A stretch of DNA of 64,000 nt, from positions 186,001-250,000 of the forward strand of contig NEEC01000015.1 of the NCBI GenBank assembly GCA_002189035.1. The letters are read 5' to 3'. The position numbers were made by a program, and so were the translations under genes. The notes below the pieces were generated by a model. The model worked only from the letters and a program-made list of their open reading frames with translations. It made no database searches and was not told where the DNA came from. Positions 46,755 to 58,685 of this stretch are shown piece by piece; the stretch's first letter is position 1; every line of letters begins with the position of its first letter. This DNA comes from Utricularia gibba. Taxonomy: Eukaryota > Plantae > Magnoliophyta.

Positions 46755-48368
46755 TCAGCCCAGTTGACCCAGGCGTCTTAGTGCGGGTTTCTTCATTATC
46801 TTTCCATAAATACCCTTCCCCAACTTCTCGGCTTTCTCCATCTCATCAATGCCCTTTTTTGTCTTTAAACTAGCCGTTAAAACTCTCAAAATTCTTTCAT
46901 CACTTCCGGCGATGTCCGTCACGCTTTCAACGACCGTCTCCACCGCCGGGATCTTCCTGCCCCACTTTCCGATCATCTTCTCTGACGTGAAAACTTCCTC
47001 ATAAACTGCCCACATCGACGCCCTCAAAAACCCTTTACCTTTTCCCTTTACCATCATCTTCCTCATGGTTTCTTCGAATCTGTAAATCATATTCCCTAAT
47101 TCACCATAATCTTTGCCTTGGGTCGTCATCAACTTCTCGAATTCCCTCAATTCTTCATTCTTCCATATCCGTTCCTCGAATTCGCATCTCTTGCAGTTGC
47201 AATTGAACCCCCAGTTCTTCGACATTTCCCTCCGTTTACCCGGAAACGTAAGAACATCGAAGTAAGCGAACGTGAGTTCTTCCCCTGCCTTCAAATCCTT
47301 GGAAGCGTGAACAAGAACATGATCGCCGATGTGTAAGCGGCGCACGTTTGGAGTGCAGGAATGGTTGATGAACGAAGGCAAAATCCATAGCCCCACGCTC
47401 TTGTAATCCGAGTTTTTCCCTAAAACCTTGGATGATTCCCCGTTCTCGACCATGGCGTTCACGTCCAAAATGTTAACCAGTTTCTGCTTTTCTATATCAA
47501 CCCCAGAAACATTAGTTTCAGGCTTGAAATTTTGAACATCAGGAACATCAACAATCTGCTCATTCTCCCCCGTTGATAGATTGGATATCAAAGCTTTGAG
47601 TTTTCTGCAATTTTCCATAGATTTCTCAACTCTATTTACGAAGTTCTTCCATAAGACCATTTGGGCATTTTCATCAGAATCTTGTGAGATTATAACTCTC
47701 TCAACAGCCACCGCTTTTGTCACTAAAACCAGAGATCCAGATTCAATGTTTTTTGTTGCGAACAACCCACGGCCACTTAATTCCGACTTTCTGATCTCCA
47801 CCGCGCCGACGAACTCCGCAAACTCAGGCGGTTTGCCGTTGAACCCACTCAGAACCCAATCTGAAATGTCAAATCCGCCAGTTCTTGATAGATACTCAAG
47901 CTTCTTACATTTCTCCAGAAGCAGATCTACCTCATCCACACTGTCACCACTCCCCTGTGCCGACTTCAAACACTCCAAAGCCAATCTATACCTATTCATA
48001 CTCAACAAAATCTTACCTTTACACAGTAAAGTCTTGACATGGGAACTCTCGATCCCCAGTGCTTCATCACAATCGTCCAATGCTTCGGAATACCTCAGCA
48101 TCCTCGCCCCAGCCTCTGCCCTGTTGGAGTAGGCTAAACACAGAGCTTTACGCAGCTTTTTGAGTTGCTCTCCATCTGGGTTCTTCTGGGAAATCGATTC
48201 TTCGCAAAGGGAGATTATTTGAGAGTAGGTTTTCATGGAATCGTCATATTCTTCTCTGAGGCGAAGCTCCGTAGCTTTGGATCTTAAGATCTGCATCCAC
48301 TCCTCCTTTCCGTCGTCTTCTAATTCTTCTCCGACGCCTGCCTGCAACCCATCCGTTGCTCTCACCAT
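46755..48368 (-). CDS. ATXR1: TPR + SET domain protein (ATXR1/SDG35-type methyltransferase), intronless
   Basis: TPRs (CLAYSNRAEA..KTLLCKGKILLSMNRYRLALECLK), SET N-part GRGLFATKNI, catalytic GLWILPSFINHSCTPN...GEELTFAYFD, post-SET WGFNCNCKRC. Likely ATG at 48368; the ORF-track extension to 48491 runs through a CA repeat. Confidence 0.9.
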   Translation of the reverse strand: MVRATDGLQAGVGEELEDDGKEEWMQILRSKATELRLREEYDDSMKTYSQIISLCEESISQKNPDGEQLKKLRKALCLAYSNRAEAGARMLRYSEALDDCDEALGIESSHVKTLLCKGKILLSMNRYRLALECLKSAQGSGDSVDEVDLLLEKCKKLEYLSRTGGFDISDWVLSGFNGKPPEFAEFVGAVEIRKSELSGRGLFATKNIESGSLVLVTKAVAVERVIISQDSDENAQMVLWKNFVNRVEKSMENCRKLKALISNLSTGENEQIVDVPDVQNFKPETNVSGVDIEKQKLVNILDVNAMVENGESSKVLGKNSDYKSVGLWILPSFINHSCTPNVRRLHIGDHVLVHASKDLKAGEELTFAYFDVLTFPGKRREMSKNWGFNCNCKRCEFEERIWKNEELREFEKLMTTQGKDYGELGNMIYRFEETMRKMMVKGKGKGFLRASMWAVYEEVFTSEKMIGKWGRKIPAVETVVESVTDIAGSDERILRVLTASLKTKKGIDEMEKAEKLGKGIYGKIMKKPALRRLGQLG

Positions 48369-48443
48369 TTCCTCCTGTTCTGGAAAATGAGACAAACGCT
48401 TGCAACGGTCGACAAAACACCTACGGACAGCAACTATATATAA

Positions 48444-48466
48444 ACACACACACACACACACACACA
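48444..48466 (+). repeat. (CA)n microsatellite upstream of the SET gene
   Basis: acacacacacacacacacacaca read directly; bounds approximate. Confidence 0.8.
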
Positions 48467-48967
48467 ACTGAATATTAATTGGTAAGTGCAACGGCTACAA
48501 GGAACACAGTTGTGAAAATTACAAAATCCGCCCCAACTTTTGGTCAAAATCCTGGAAAATGACTTCCGTATTCAAATATGGTGGGGCCCTTTCTCTCTAA
48601 CCAAACCTACATTACTATTTAGTGTATAGTTTTTCATTGATTTGATTGTCAAAATAACAATTATTATTATTTTTTATATAATAAAAACAACGAGGATCAG
48701 AATCAGGATATCAAGTTTTAAATCTCAATCCCTTTCCAAGTGAGATTCCCCGTAATATCATGAAGCTTTTGAATTCAAAACATTCTCATTTTTGTTTTGT
48801 TTCCATAAAAATTAGAACTATTTAAATTCAAAAAAATTGATTTGTATACAATTATAATGAATATTATTATATTAATATATTTTCCCTGGTTACAAAAAAC
48901 ACATCCTCTTCAATCCTGTCCTTCGGCACTCTAAAACGCCTGGAGTTTAGTGTCAGTAATCGGCCGT

Positions 48968-51900
48968 TTACTTGAGGAAGTAGGAGCCATCTCTGTATTC
49001 CAGCTTCTCCTCTGCAACAAGACCACCCAAAAAGCTCTGCAGCTGTTGGAGTGACTTGTCGTACGGAGGATCACTCACGCAGAACATCTGTTGTCATACG
49101 GTGGATCAGACCAGGTGGTTCGGGCATGCGAAACTAACAACGACATGAGCATTAAGTTGAAGAATGTACCTTGAGTGTGTTGTGTATCCGGTCCAGCGCC
49201 ATGCTGCCAAAATTGGTGAGCATCCCTGTGATGAACTTCTGCGTAAAAGGAACACCAACAGTTGAGCAACAAATCAGATTTCATAATCCATAAATAGTGA
49301 AAACCACCAGATATTATAAGCCAAAAAAGAGACATGAGTGTCAAGGTTTCGCATTATCAGGTAGGAATTGAGCAACACAACCAGATGCGTATCTAATTTG
49401 TTTCACTGCAGCACATTTGAATCTTAATGTGTAACTTGCCCACAGATGGCATGTACATACCTCGTACACAAGCATTTCTTTGTGCAGTTGATCCTCAACA
49501 GATGCCACTGAACTCTCAGCATCCTCATCACCAACTATAAACTCGTCACAGGTGGTAACTGTCCCAGCCTTTTCATTGTCAACCAATGCTTCCACCAATG
49601 TAAATGTATGGTCACCAGTCCCCAAAATCGATTCCACTAGAATACCCTGAAACCAATGTAAATGCATTGAGGAGAGCTGGATGTGATGAGCTGATTAAGG
49701 AACATCGCATTCATCTTCTTGAAAGATCTTTGAGAAATAATTTTACTCAGGAGCGGCAGGCCTCAGTACGCCCACCTTGTTTATCCAAAAATATATTCTC
49801 TTTCTCAGGATATCCTCAGACACACCAACGGCAGCTGCAAGATCCTTGGAGTGCCAACTGAGAGTACAAGGCAGAGTGACTTGGAATGCTCTCAAAAATA
49901 ACAACCATATTATAGAACCATATATTTACTTTTGTCACACCTGGATTGCTCTTCAAAGTTGCAGATAATTGAAGCTTGAAGAGGTGTAACGTTGAACGGT
50001 AATGCCCTGTCTCCAAATTGCAGTTCTAGCTGAGAAAAAATGCTTAGAAATTAGGGTATAATGCCACACTCCAAAAAGAAACAACAACATCAATCGGATA
50101 CAAAGAAGTTGCATCCAGTTGCAGGATATATTTGGCAACTAATTGATGAATCTCACCTTTACAGTACCAAGATTATTCTTCCAGAGAAGTTTACGTGGGG
50201 TCTTGATTTCATTGTATCTTCTAGCGTAATCACTTAAAAGCTGCTCCACGGGCCCAGGTACAATAATTGCTTCTTCCTGGGAAAGCAAAAAAACGTGACA
50301 AGCAAATTCATTTCCTAGACAAGTAAAGTTGTTAACTTGTATGTTCAGCCTTGGTGCCAAAATCCTGCAAATATATCACACTTTTGCGCATTGGTATCAT
50401 TACCTGGATACTTGGCCAGAAATTTGCTGAGATAATAGTAGCATTAACCCTATCCAGGGACAAGTCATGCTTTCCTATATGAGGCCCAGGTTGCTGTTTC
50501 ATTGTTGCTTGTACGTTCGTGTTAGTTCTTTTCGAGTCAATCAGATCATTAAGCATAATTTCACACTTTTGCATGCTGCTGTCACCAAAATGAATCTGAA
50601 ACAATCAACAGCAATGGATTAGTGAGGTTTAAAAAAGATAAGTTAAAGTAGGAGAGGAGTAAATTTCTGCATCATTAAATAATCTTCATGAATGACCTTG
50701 AGAAGTTCCAAGATGCGTATTTCTGAGTCAATGTCGTAATCAGATTTATTAAGCAGCTTCTCAGCTAGCATAACACGATACTCATTCACTAGCTGCTCCT
50801 TTGAACCAATTATGCCAACAATCATGCCAAGAATATCAGTCTTCCTTTGGTATCTTCCACCCTTCAAAGGATCTGCTTCAACCGGATCAGGCTCCCAACT
50901 GCAGTGCAGAAAGCACAAACCCATCAATACTTCTTAAAGAACATGTTTCATGTCATTAATGACATCACAAACCCTTTGGTTTCTGGGAAACCATTAATCT
51001 TCATCTTATATTATTTTTCAGAAAGTTATTACTACCTTTGCGCATTTATCCAAGCTTGCTTATCATCAACATTTATATCATCATCAAAGCCAGAGTTCTC
51101 TTGATTTTCTTCATCTCGATTTAATTCTTCAAGAAGACTGTCTCCGGGATTCCCTGGTCCATTAGAATCGCCACTGCTTCCATCAGTGAGCATAGTGACA
51201 ATGCATTTAATAGTTTCCTTTCTACCCTTCAAGTACTCTCTTATTGGTTCACCAACCGCATCAAGAAATACACCAGAAGGATCCATTGTTCGAAGGGCCT
51301 TAATAGTTGAAACATACTGGTGCAGTATATCATTTGTAGAAGCACCAGCTGTCAGCAAACGGTATTTTAATGAAGCAATGAAAGAATCGACAAGCTTGGA
51401 GTGCTGCCCCGTGTAGTCAAGGCATCGTTTCAGGTCCTCAATAGCAGGGGAACTAAGAAAGACCACAAATAATAAGTAACAAAACTAGCTAGAACAATCA
51501 AGAGAATGTTAAAATGGTAAAATAAATGGCGCACTCTCTGAAAATTCTTATTGATAAAAAATAAAGAGAGAAGAATCATTGACCGCACAGTTTTCAAAAA
51601 AATGAAATTTCACAATGTAACCATGTTAAGGTAAAAGTTGCACAAAAGCATGACAAGAACAAAAAGGACACGGCTTTACCTTTCAGGATAATCCACAATT
51701 ATCTCAAAAAGCTTGGATATTCTTAGATCTTGTAATGTCTCATAAGCAAAATACTCTAAGCGCATCTGCCATCGCACAAGTGCCTCATTAGGAATTCCAG
51801 TTCCTTGATATTTAAAACTAGGCGGAGACGCCAGTGGGGATTTCGTTCCACATGAGTGCCTTTCAGGAACATTAGAGTCACCCAAATAAGCAGTAAGAGC

Positions 51901-53653
51901 ATGCAAAAATTGAAGTGGAACTGCCTGAAAATTTAGCATAATGTGTTAGCAATAATATTTTTACCAATTCAACGAACAAAAATAGCTCAAAACTTCATTA
52001 AAGCTTTTTAAATGAAGGAAATGGAGAACCCGAACATATAGTTTTTAGTGAGAACCACCTGTATCCATCCTTTAATAGAATCCAACACTGAAAATCGGAA
52101 CTCGTCACCAGCCAAATCATGAACTTTAGCCTGAACCCAGAAAGCAAAGAACATCAGAGATAGAAAATATAATGTTTCCACAAACAGAACAAAAAATTGC
52201 ATTGGAATAAATGAGGCATCATAGAACTGCCTATGCAAAGTTAACCTTTAGCAGCCAAAAAATAGCTGATGCATAAGCCTCTTCTGCCATGGAGGTTAAT
52301 CCAAGATTCCTGAGATTAAGGACAACTTCTGCGATATTCCTCACCAATTTGCCGTTTTTCAGAGTCACTCCATGTAGATGATTTTGATTGTCATCTATTT
52401 CTGCAGCTCGGCATTCCACGCTCATTGGGTTGCTTATATTTAAGTTGCTATGATCCTCAAGTTCATTAGCCACAATTTCATTTATTTCCTCCAGTTGACC
52501 CCTAAAGTACCATTGAAGCAAATCTGGGAAAGAATATAATCACCATTCAGAATATTACAAAGTGACCACTGACGAAATGAATAGACCCTACTGAAACACA
52601 GGCATAGCAGCAATCAAATGCTTTCTTGCATCGTCTCCAAAAAAAAGCCTTCTTTCAAACCACGGAACAACATAAAGTTAAGACACCTGGTAAGCTTTGA
52701 CACGCACACGCAGGGAACAACTACCTGAAAAATACCATGGAAGAGTGGCCAGCAGAGCTGAAGATACCGTAAACTCAAATTTTGAGATAAGAAAGTTTGC
52801 GTCTCCATACGAATTTGTTTGTCTCTTGGAGTCGCTCACGTTGCAAGTCTGTAAAGCCTCAACCAGCATCAAGAGGCATTGCATTAAATAATTTTTCCCA
52901 GAAGATATCTCCTCTAGAGCTTTGTGTAGGATACCCTGCATCTCCACTTGGTGATCCTGTTAAAAGACATGACATCACAATTCTAAAACTGAAATAGCAT
53001 AAATATTTCATTATCTCTCCATCATTTCCATGAAAAAAAAACAATTAGATTTACGAAAATAAAATAATAGGAATCATGCAAGACAAGACCCACCTACCAA
53101 GTCCATAATGTCTAGAACTGAAGCGCCTTCAGAACTATCAAAATGACTCCAGAACTTCGGGGCCAACTTTTTTTCAAATATATCCTGTGCAACCCCAATA
53201 TCAACGATGATTGTCTTGCAGAATATCTAGACTTAATTTTTGAAGGTAAATGATTGCAGTAAATCACCAGAAGGACTTTCATTAGGAACCCAAGAGTAAA
53301 ATAAAATAGACTAGAAAGGGCTTTTACAAAAACATTTACGAAAATGATTTTAACAGAACCCAAATCGAGGAAATCAGTAAAGTTCTTCGTTTTTCTAGCT
53401 GGATTCAGACCTCCACAGAGCATAGAAAATGCTCAACCATCAGCGACTCGAGTCCCATTGCGCAGAGACTTCTCACCGGTGGCAACAAATCGCCAGTGAA
53501 CGGCGAATCGCCTGGCCCCCCTCTAAGAAGGCCATCAGTTGCTAAACAAAAATCATTCCAACCATCCGACAGCTCTTCAACTGAAGTCGAAGTCAATGAG
53601 TCCAGTATCCCAAAATCACACATTGGAGACGACACCAAACCTTTTCCCGCCAT
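48968..53653 (-). CDS. APC2: Anaphase-promoting complex subunit 2 (cullin-like), multi-exon
   Basis: Exons encode YETLQDLRISKLFEIIVDYPE|SSPAIEDLKRCLDYTGQH..RLLTAGASTNDILHQYVSTIKALRTMDPSGVFL..WEPDPVEADP..GSKEQLVNEYRVMLAEKLL..ELLK|IHFGDSSMQKCEIMLNDLIDSKR..TPRKLLWKNNLGTVK..LDRIHNTLK|MFCVSDPPYDKSLQQLQSFL..KLEYRDGSYFLK*. Confidence 0.95.
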
Positions 53654-54106
53654 TCCAGAGCCCCCTTCTTCTCCAAAAGAACAAAAAACGTCACAACATT
53701 CCCGAAACGAAACGAAACCCGGATATTTCCATTACGAGTTGTCCGCGTAGCCCAGGACTTTCTTGGGCTAATCAGCCCAACAGCGGCCCGACCAGCCAAA
53801 TTACGGAATGCGTCAATTCAGGCCTCTGGGTTACCCTTAAACTCCTAATCCCATTTTTTTTTCCTACCAAAAATTATTTTAATTAGAAAAAATAAAATTT
53901 AAATTTTATTATCAGCATCTTTTAAAAAACAAAACCTGATTGCTAAAACTCCCATATTTGTGATCCAGAGCGATTGCACGCGCTAACAATAAAAGTGAAA
54001 TCGTGTGTTTATGTGGTGAATAATTTGGACCACACGAGATAAAAAGCGTGCTTGCAGAAGCATAAGCAGCACCTGGGGTGGGTCACCGTTAAACATGGAG
54101 TTTAGT

Positions 54107-54129
54107 CCCCCCCCCCCCCCCCCCCCCCC
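54107..54129 (+). repeat. C23 homopolymer upstream of APC2
   Basis: Read directly. Confidence 0.85.
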
Positions 54130-57100
54130 ACGATCACTTTTCACCAACTCCCCTTTTCAAATTACTTTTCAGGTGCCCTTTTTAATACCCACAATGAAAA
54201 TATTGAGAATTACTGGCTGGGATTTCGAATCCGGGCCGGGCGGGGGCGCACCGGTTTGAGTGTAAAACGGGTTCACTGATCAGAACCATGCAAAAAAATC
54301 CAACACAGAGATCGGGGTTACTGCTTCGCACATTACATTGGCTTTTTTCTTCTGTTCTATGCACCCATTGTGCTTTGGTGTGGAAGCGGGAATACTTATC
54401 ATTTGTTTGGGAGAAATCATCTATCTCTATGATGATTATTATTATTTGCTGAAGGGAGGAACAAAGCTCATTATGGAGAAATGGTTTCATTGTCTCCTCT
54501 TGCTAGGTTAAATTTTAGAATCAATGAACTGGTTGTGGTGCCAAGGAGATGGCAACCTGCACAAATCTGCAGCCTTTTTGACTAATGGCTTGCTCTTCCC
54601 TCGGCAGTTTCCACAGAGGGGAGAGGAGATTGCCTAAGAAATGGAGCCTCGTCTTCAAACCCCATTCCCTAATCAACCCTCCTTTTGTCTCCTCCAAATC
54701 CCTCCCACGTCAGAATCCCCATTTTCAGCTCCTGAAACAAACGATGCATCTCATAGCCACAGATGATGCATCTGGCACCCCACTGGAGTTGTTTCCAAAG
54801 AGCCTGTGTTCTGTGCCTATGCATTTGAAGGCATACATTAAATATCAACCGTAGGTAAATTGTTTGTATCTTCTGTGCACCGGAATCATTCCCCGTCATC
54901 ATATGCATATGTGTATACTCGATTCGATGGGTACGGAGATCAGTCTCAGGCGATGGCGAGAGTCTCTACAAGGAACTGAATTTTTTAATGCAGTAAAATC
55001 AAGTAAAGAATTCACTTGGGGGTAAAATAAGAAGGACCCGGCAGCCAACACCGAACTGGACTTTGGCAGACCGTAGAGGTAACGGAAAATAAGCTCTTCC
55101 AGACATTTTACTCCACGGGACTATTTTTTTACTTTCACCGATCTACTCATACCCAGCTGCGTCACTTGATGTTCTCAGCACAGCGATTCAACTAAGGAAA
55201 AAGTTACCCATAGGATTCACTGCCCTCCGTTTGATATACTGTAAAATCTCAATGCCATGGATGCAGCAACGAGCTTACACCACATCACCCTTTCGAAAAT
55301 AGTACGACCCGGAAATGATTTAATGGACAAGTAATTTACTGATGTCTTTTTATTTCTCCTATATTACACACATATAAGAAAAAAGTGAAACACGCAAATA
55401 AAGGTTAAAAAAAATGAGGGAAAAATTATTACTGACTCACTGATCGAAATTACAGTAATAATTGAATAGCTGAAAGCTGAGACACTGAATCCGTTGTTCC
55501 TGCCAGATGCACACAACGGTCAGATGGAGATCTCCTAATTTGGGGGGCCCGTGTGACACGTGGCGCGCTACCAAAAAACCTCATGCTGCATTTTCCCCTT
55601 AAAAAAATTAAAATATTTTTCCCCAGCGCCATAATTTATATTGATATTTTTCATTGATTGCAGTAATTTAGTTACGTTAATTATAAGGATGATCATAATG
55701 ATGTTAGAAGAACATCTATCTATCTCTCCCAGTAATGGAGTACTGTACTCATCTGACGATGCCCATTATTCAATGATTAGGATAATGACTGCGGGTCTAT
55801 ACTCTGAAAATGAGGAATGTTGTTCATGCTGCTCAACCACATGCTAAAAAATAAATAAAATTTATAAAAGCCTATTAATAAATATTTATGAAAAATATGT
55901 AGATAATAAGAAATATAATGCATATTTGATTAATAAATTATAAGTAAGATGAAAGAGATTGTATTTATATTAAAGATAATTATGCTATTATTATACTTTA
56001 ATGTAAATAAAAATAAAAACATCAAATGAATAGTGAAAATTAATATCTATATACTTCAATATTATCAAATTCCCATATCTTATCTAGATTAATGAATATT
56101 GGATTCTGATATATCTTCAATATTTTTCATCAAATGTCACCTAATAAATGTACTATAAATTAGAAAAATGCAGTTTAAATCATTAAAATTAGGAACCTTC
56201 CCTTTCAATTTCCTAACAAGGACACTCAAGTCAACCATCCACGGCACTGCGAATGATTTTTTTTCCTTATTTTTGGCCGCGTCACTTCGAATGATATCTC
56301 CTCATTTAATTGCATCGACTTTTAGTAATGGTAGGTTGCCAAATATAGACGATCTCCATTACTCCCCTACCGCGATCACCATGTCAAGGACGGATTCATG
56401 GGAGTTTATTAGTGAATTAATTTTATTTTAGCAAATGTCTGGTCTCCCTTTTGCCAGTCAATTTGGCAAATTGGCGCCAAGGTGATGAAAACACGAAATT
56501 GAAGTTTCGAATTCGATTCTTGAATATGATTAGGACACGGGGTTCAAACATTTGAATGGGGGAGGCCGACGGTTGGGTGCGATGGATCTGCAGAATTGAA
56601 CATTCAAATTCTAATTTCATAGTGTTGGTTGATGCCATTTATAGCAGAAGCAGAACGTGGCCCCTGGACAAGTATCATTATAATTCAATATAATGCGTTT
56701 ATTTTCTGACAAAGTAAATGCCTCCTCCACTGCAGACACGCGTACACACACAATTACAAGATTGGGCCCTGCTTGTTTTTTCAACCATTTTTTATATTTT
56801 AAATATATTATTATTATCATCATTCAATCCTCATTTAAATACCATAACCATCACTCCCTTTTTTTTAAAAAAAATATTGTTTACAGAAAAATAAACAAAA
56901 TGAAGCAAGTTAAGTCCTGAATTGAATTTAGTTAGCATTGAATTATTCATTGGCCCACAATTTAAAAACAAAAATAACAATAAAAATGAAAAAACGTTTG
57001 GGACGACAGATTACGGGACAGCATTCAATTCTTATCGCCTGGAGCTGGAAACACGAACGCGTACAAAAAATAAATACATTATTCCATTATGTTTCAATTA

Positions 57101-57452
57101 CTCTGCTTGAGAAATGCAAGCGGTTTTCCTCATAAATCTTGTGGGTGGAGTATTTAATACCAGGGCTCAACATATTTGTTTATATTTTCAATTCGATTAT
57201 CCGACGCTATTTTCTTAATATATTTTGAATTGGGTAAATAAGTATTCAGGCTTCGGACAAAAAAATAGTGATAATAATTAGAGGTTAGAAGGTGGTCTTG
57301 GTGTGTGGTGTGGGGGTAAATTTTAGTTGAATTTCGAATTTTCACCTGGTTGGGGGTATTTTTCACATGCATTATATATAACCCCACGAATCCCAAAAAC
57401 GTGGTGGTAGTGGTTTACTTACTTCTCTGCGCTCATATTCTTCTTCCAGCTG

Positions 57453-58518
57453 ATGGAGCGACCGACTTCTGAGGCGAACGAAGAGCTGAAAAAGGGTCCA
57501 TGGACCAGAGAAGAAGACCAGAAACTCCTCGCCTACATCGAGCAGCACGGCCAAGGAAGCTGGCGCTCGCTCCCTGCAAAAGCCGGTAACGCTCCCTCCT
57601 TGTGATTTGTGTGTTGTTCAAGGAAATGAAAACCAACGCTTCAGCTTTGGGGCTTCGTGGTTCTCAGGGCTTCAGAGATGCGGCAAAAGCTGCCGGTTAC
57701 GATGGACGAATTACCTCCGCCCCGATATCAAGAGGGGCAAGTTCAGTACTCATGAAGAGAAGACTATCATCAGGCTCCACGCCCTCCTCGGAAACAGGTA
57801 CTGTACGACGAGTGTTGAGAAAGTAGGAATAGGAAGAAGTTGACTTGGGAATAAGTTTCAGCAGTGTTGGTGTTGTAGATGGTCGGCCATTGCGGCGCAT
57901 TTGCCCAAGAGGACAGACAACGAGATCAAGAACTACTGGAACACTCGTCTCAAGAAGCGGCTCACGAGAATGGGGATCGATCCGGTGACACACAAGCCCA
58001 AGAACATCCCTGGCGGGCAGTCGAAGCAAGCCGCGAAGCTGAGGCATATGGCACAGTGGGAGGCGGCGCGGCTCGAAGCGGAGGCCCGTCTGGCGCGGGA
58101 ATCCAAGTTCTTGTCCAGCCTCCACCTTCTGCAGAGGTCGGCGATTTTGCCGCAGCAGCCGCAGTCGGCGCAGCCGTGCTTGGACGTGCTCAAGGCTTGG
58201 CAAGCCACCGGCGCTTCCAAGTGCTTCTTCGGCTCGCTCGAGTCGCCGACTTCGACGCTAGCGGCGGTCCACGCCGTGGAGGAAAAGGGCAAGATGGACA
58301 ACCCGACGCATGCAAATGACGAGAGTCTTAATAGCTTGACGACTTATCCACTGTTTTACGGCGGGTACAATGTCTCCGACACCGTTGACCTCGCCGCAGA
58401 CGGCTACAGCGTGTCCGCGTCCGGAAGCGACACCGTGGAGCTCGAGGACACGAGGAATTACTGGAATGAGCTACTGAACATGGTGACCAATTCCGCGATG
58501 GAGCTGCCGGGCTTTTAG
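57453..58518 (+). CDS. R2R3-MYB subgroup 9 (MIXTA/MYB16/MYB106-like)
   Basis: Exons 57453-57585 (133 nt), 57668-57797 (130 nt), 57879-58518, the typical R2R3-MYB exon sizes. Motifs [18 protein letters not shown] and [20 protein letters not shown] (subgroup-9 signature). Confidence 0.93.
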
Positions 58519-58655
58519 GGGGTACTTTCGTAAATTGCGTGTACCGTTAGGAAGCAGGAAGTCTATTTAAGGATGTGTATTAATAACTATAAATTGTTAG
58601 TGATTTTCCGATTTTCTGCATAAACCAAACGCAAGATCCAACGATGCGTGTATTA

Positions 58656-58685
58656 TGGGCCGCAGTATGTATTAGTTATTGGGCC
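58656..58685. promoter_or_regulatory. Pair of site II motifs (TGGGCC) downstream of the MIXTA-like gene
   Basis: TGGGCC at 58656-58661 and 58680-58685. Confidence 0.4.

Noticed and set aside
48369-48491. N-terminal extension of the SET protein given by the ORF track (MHLPINIQLCVCVCVC…)
   Set aside because: Starts at a non-ATG codon and reads through a CA microsatellite; ATG 48368 is the plausible start.
54481-54559. MIR399-like hairpin (TGCCAAGGAGATGGCAACCTG with a partly complementary upstream arm)
   Set aside because: Only the 5' half resembles miR399, and the duplex needs several bulges including a 3-nt one; it does not meet miRNA precursor criteria by eye.
55210-55240. Stowaway MITE terminal repeat (CTGCCCTCCGTTT)
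   Set aside because: Imperfect match with no partner inverted repeat or TA target duplication found.
57697-58319. Alternative-frame and antisense ORFs over the MIXTA-like gene
   Set aside because: Shadows of a GC-rich exon; the MYB frame explains the region.
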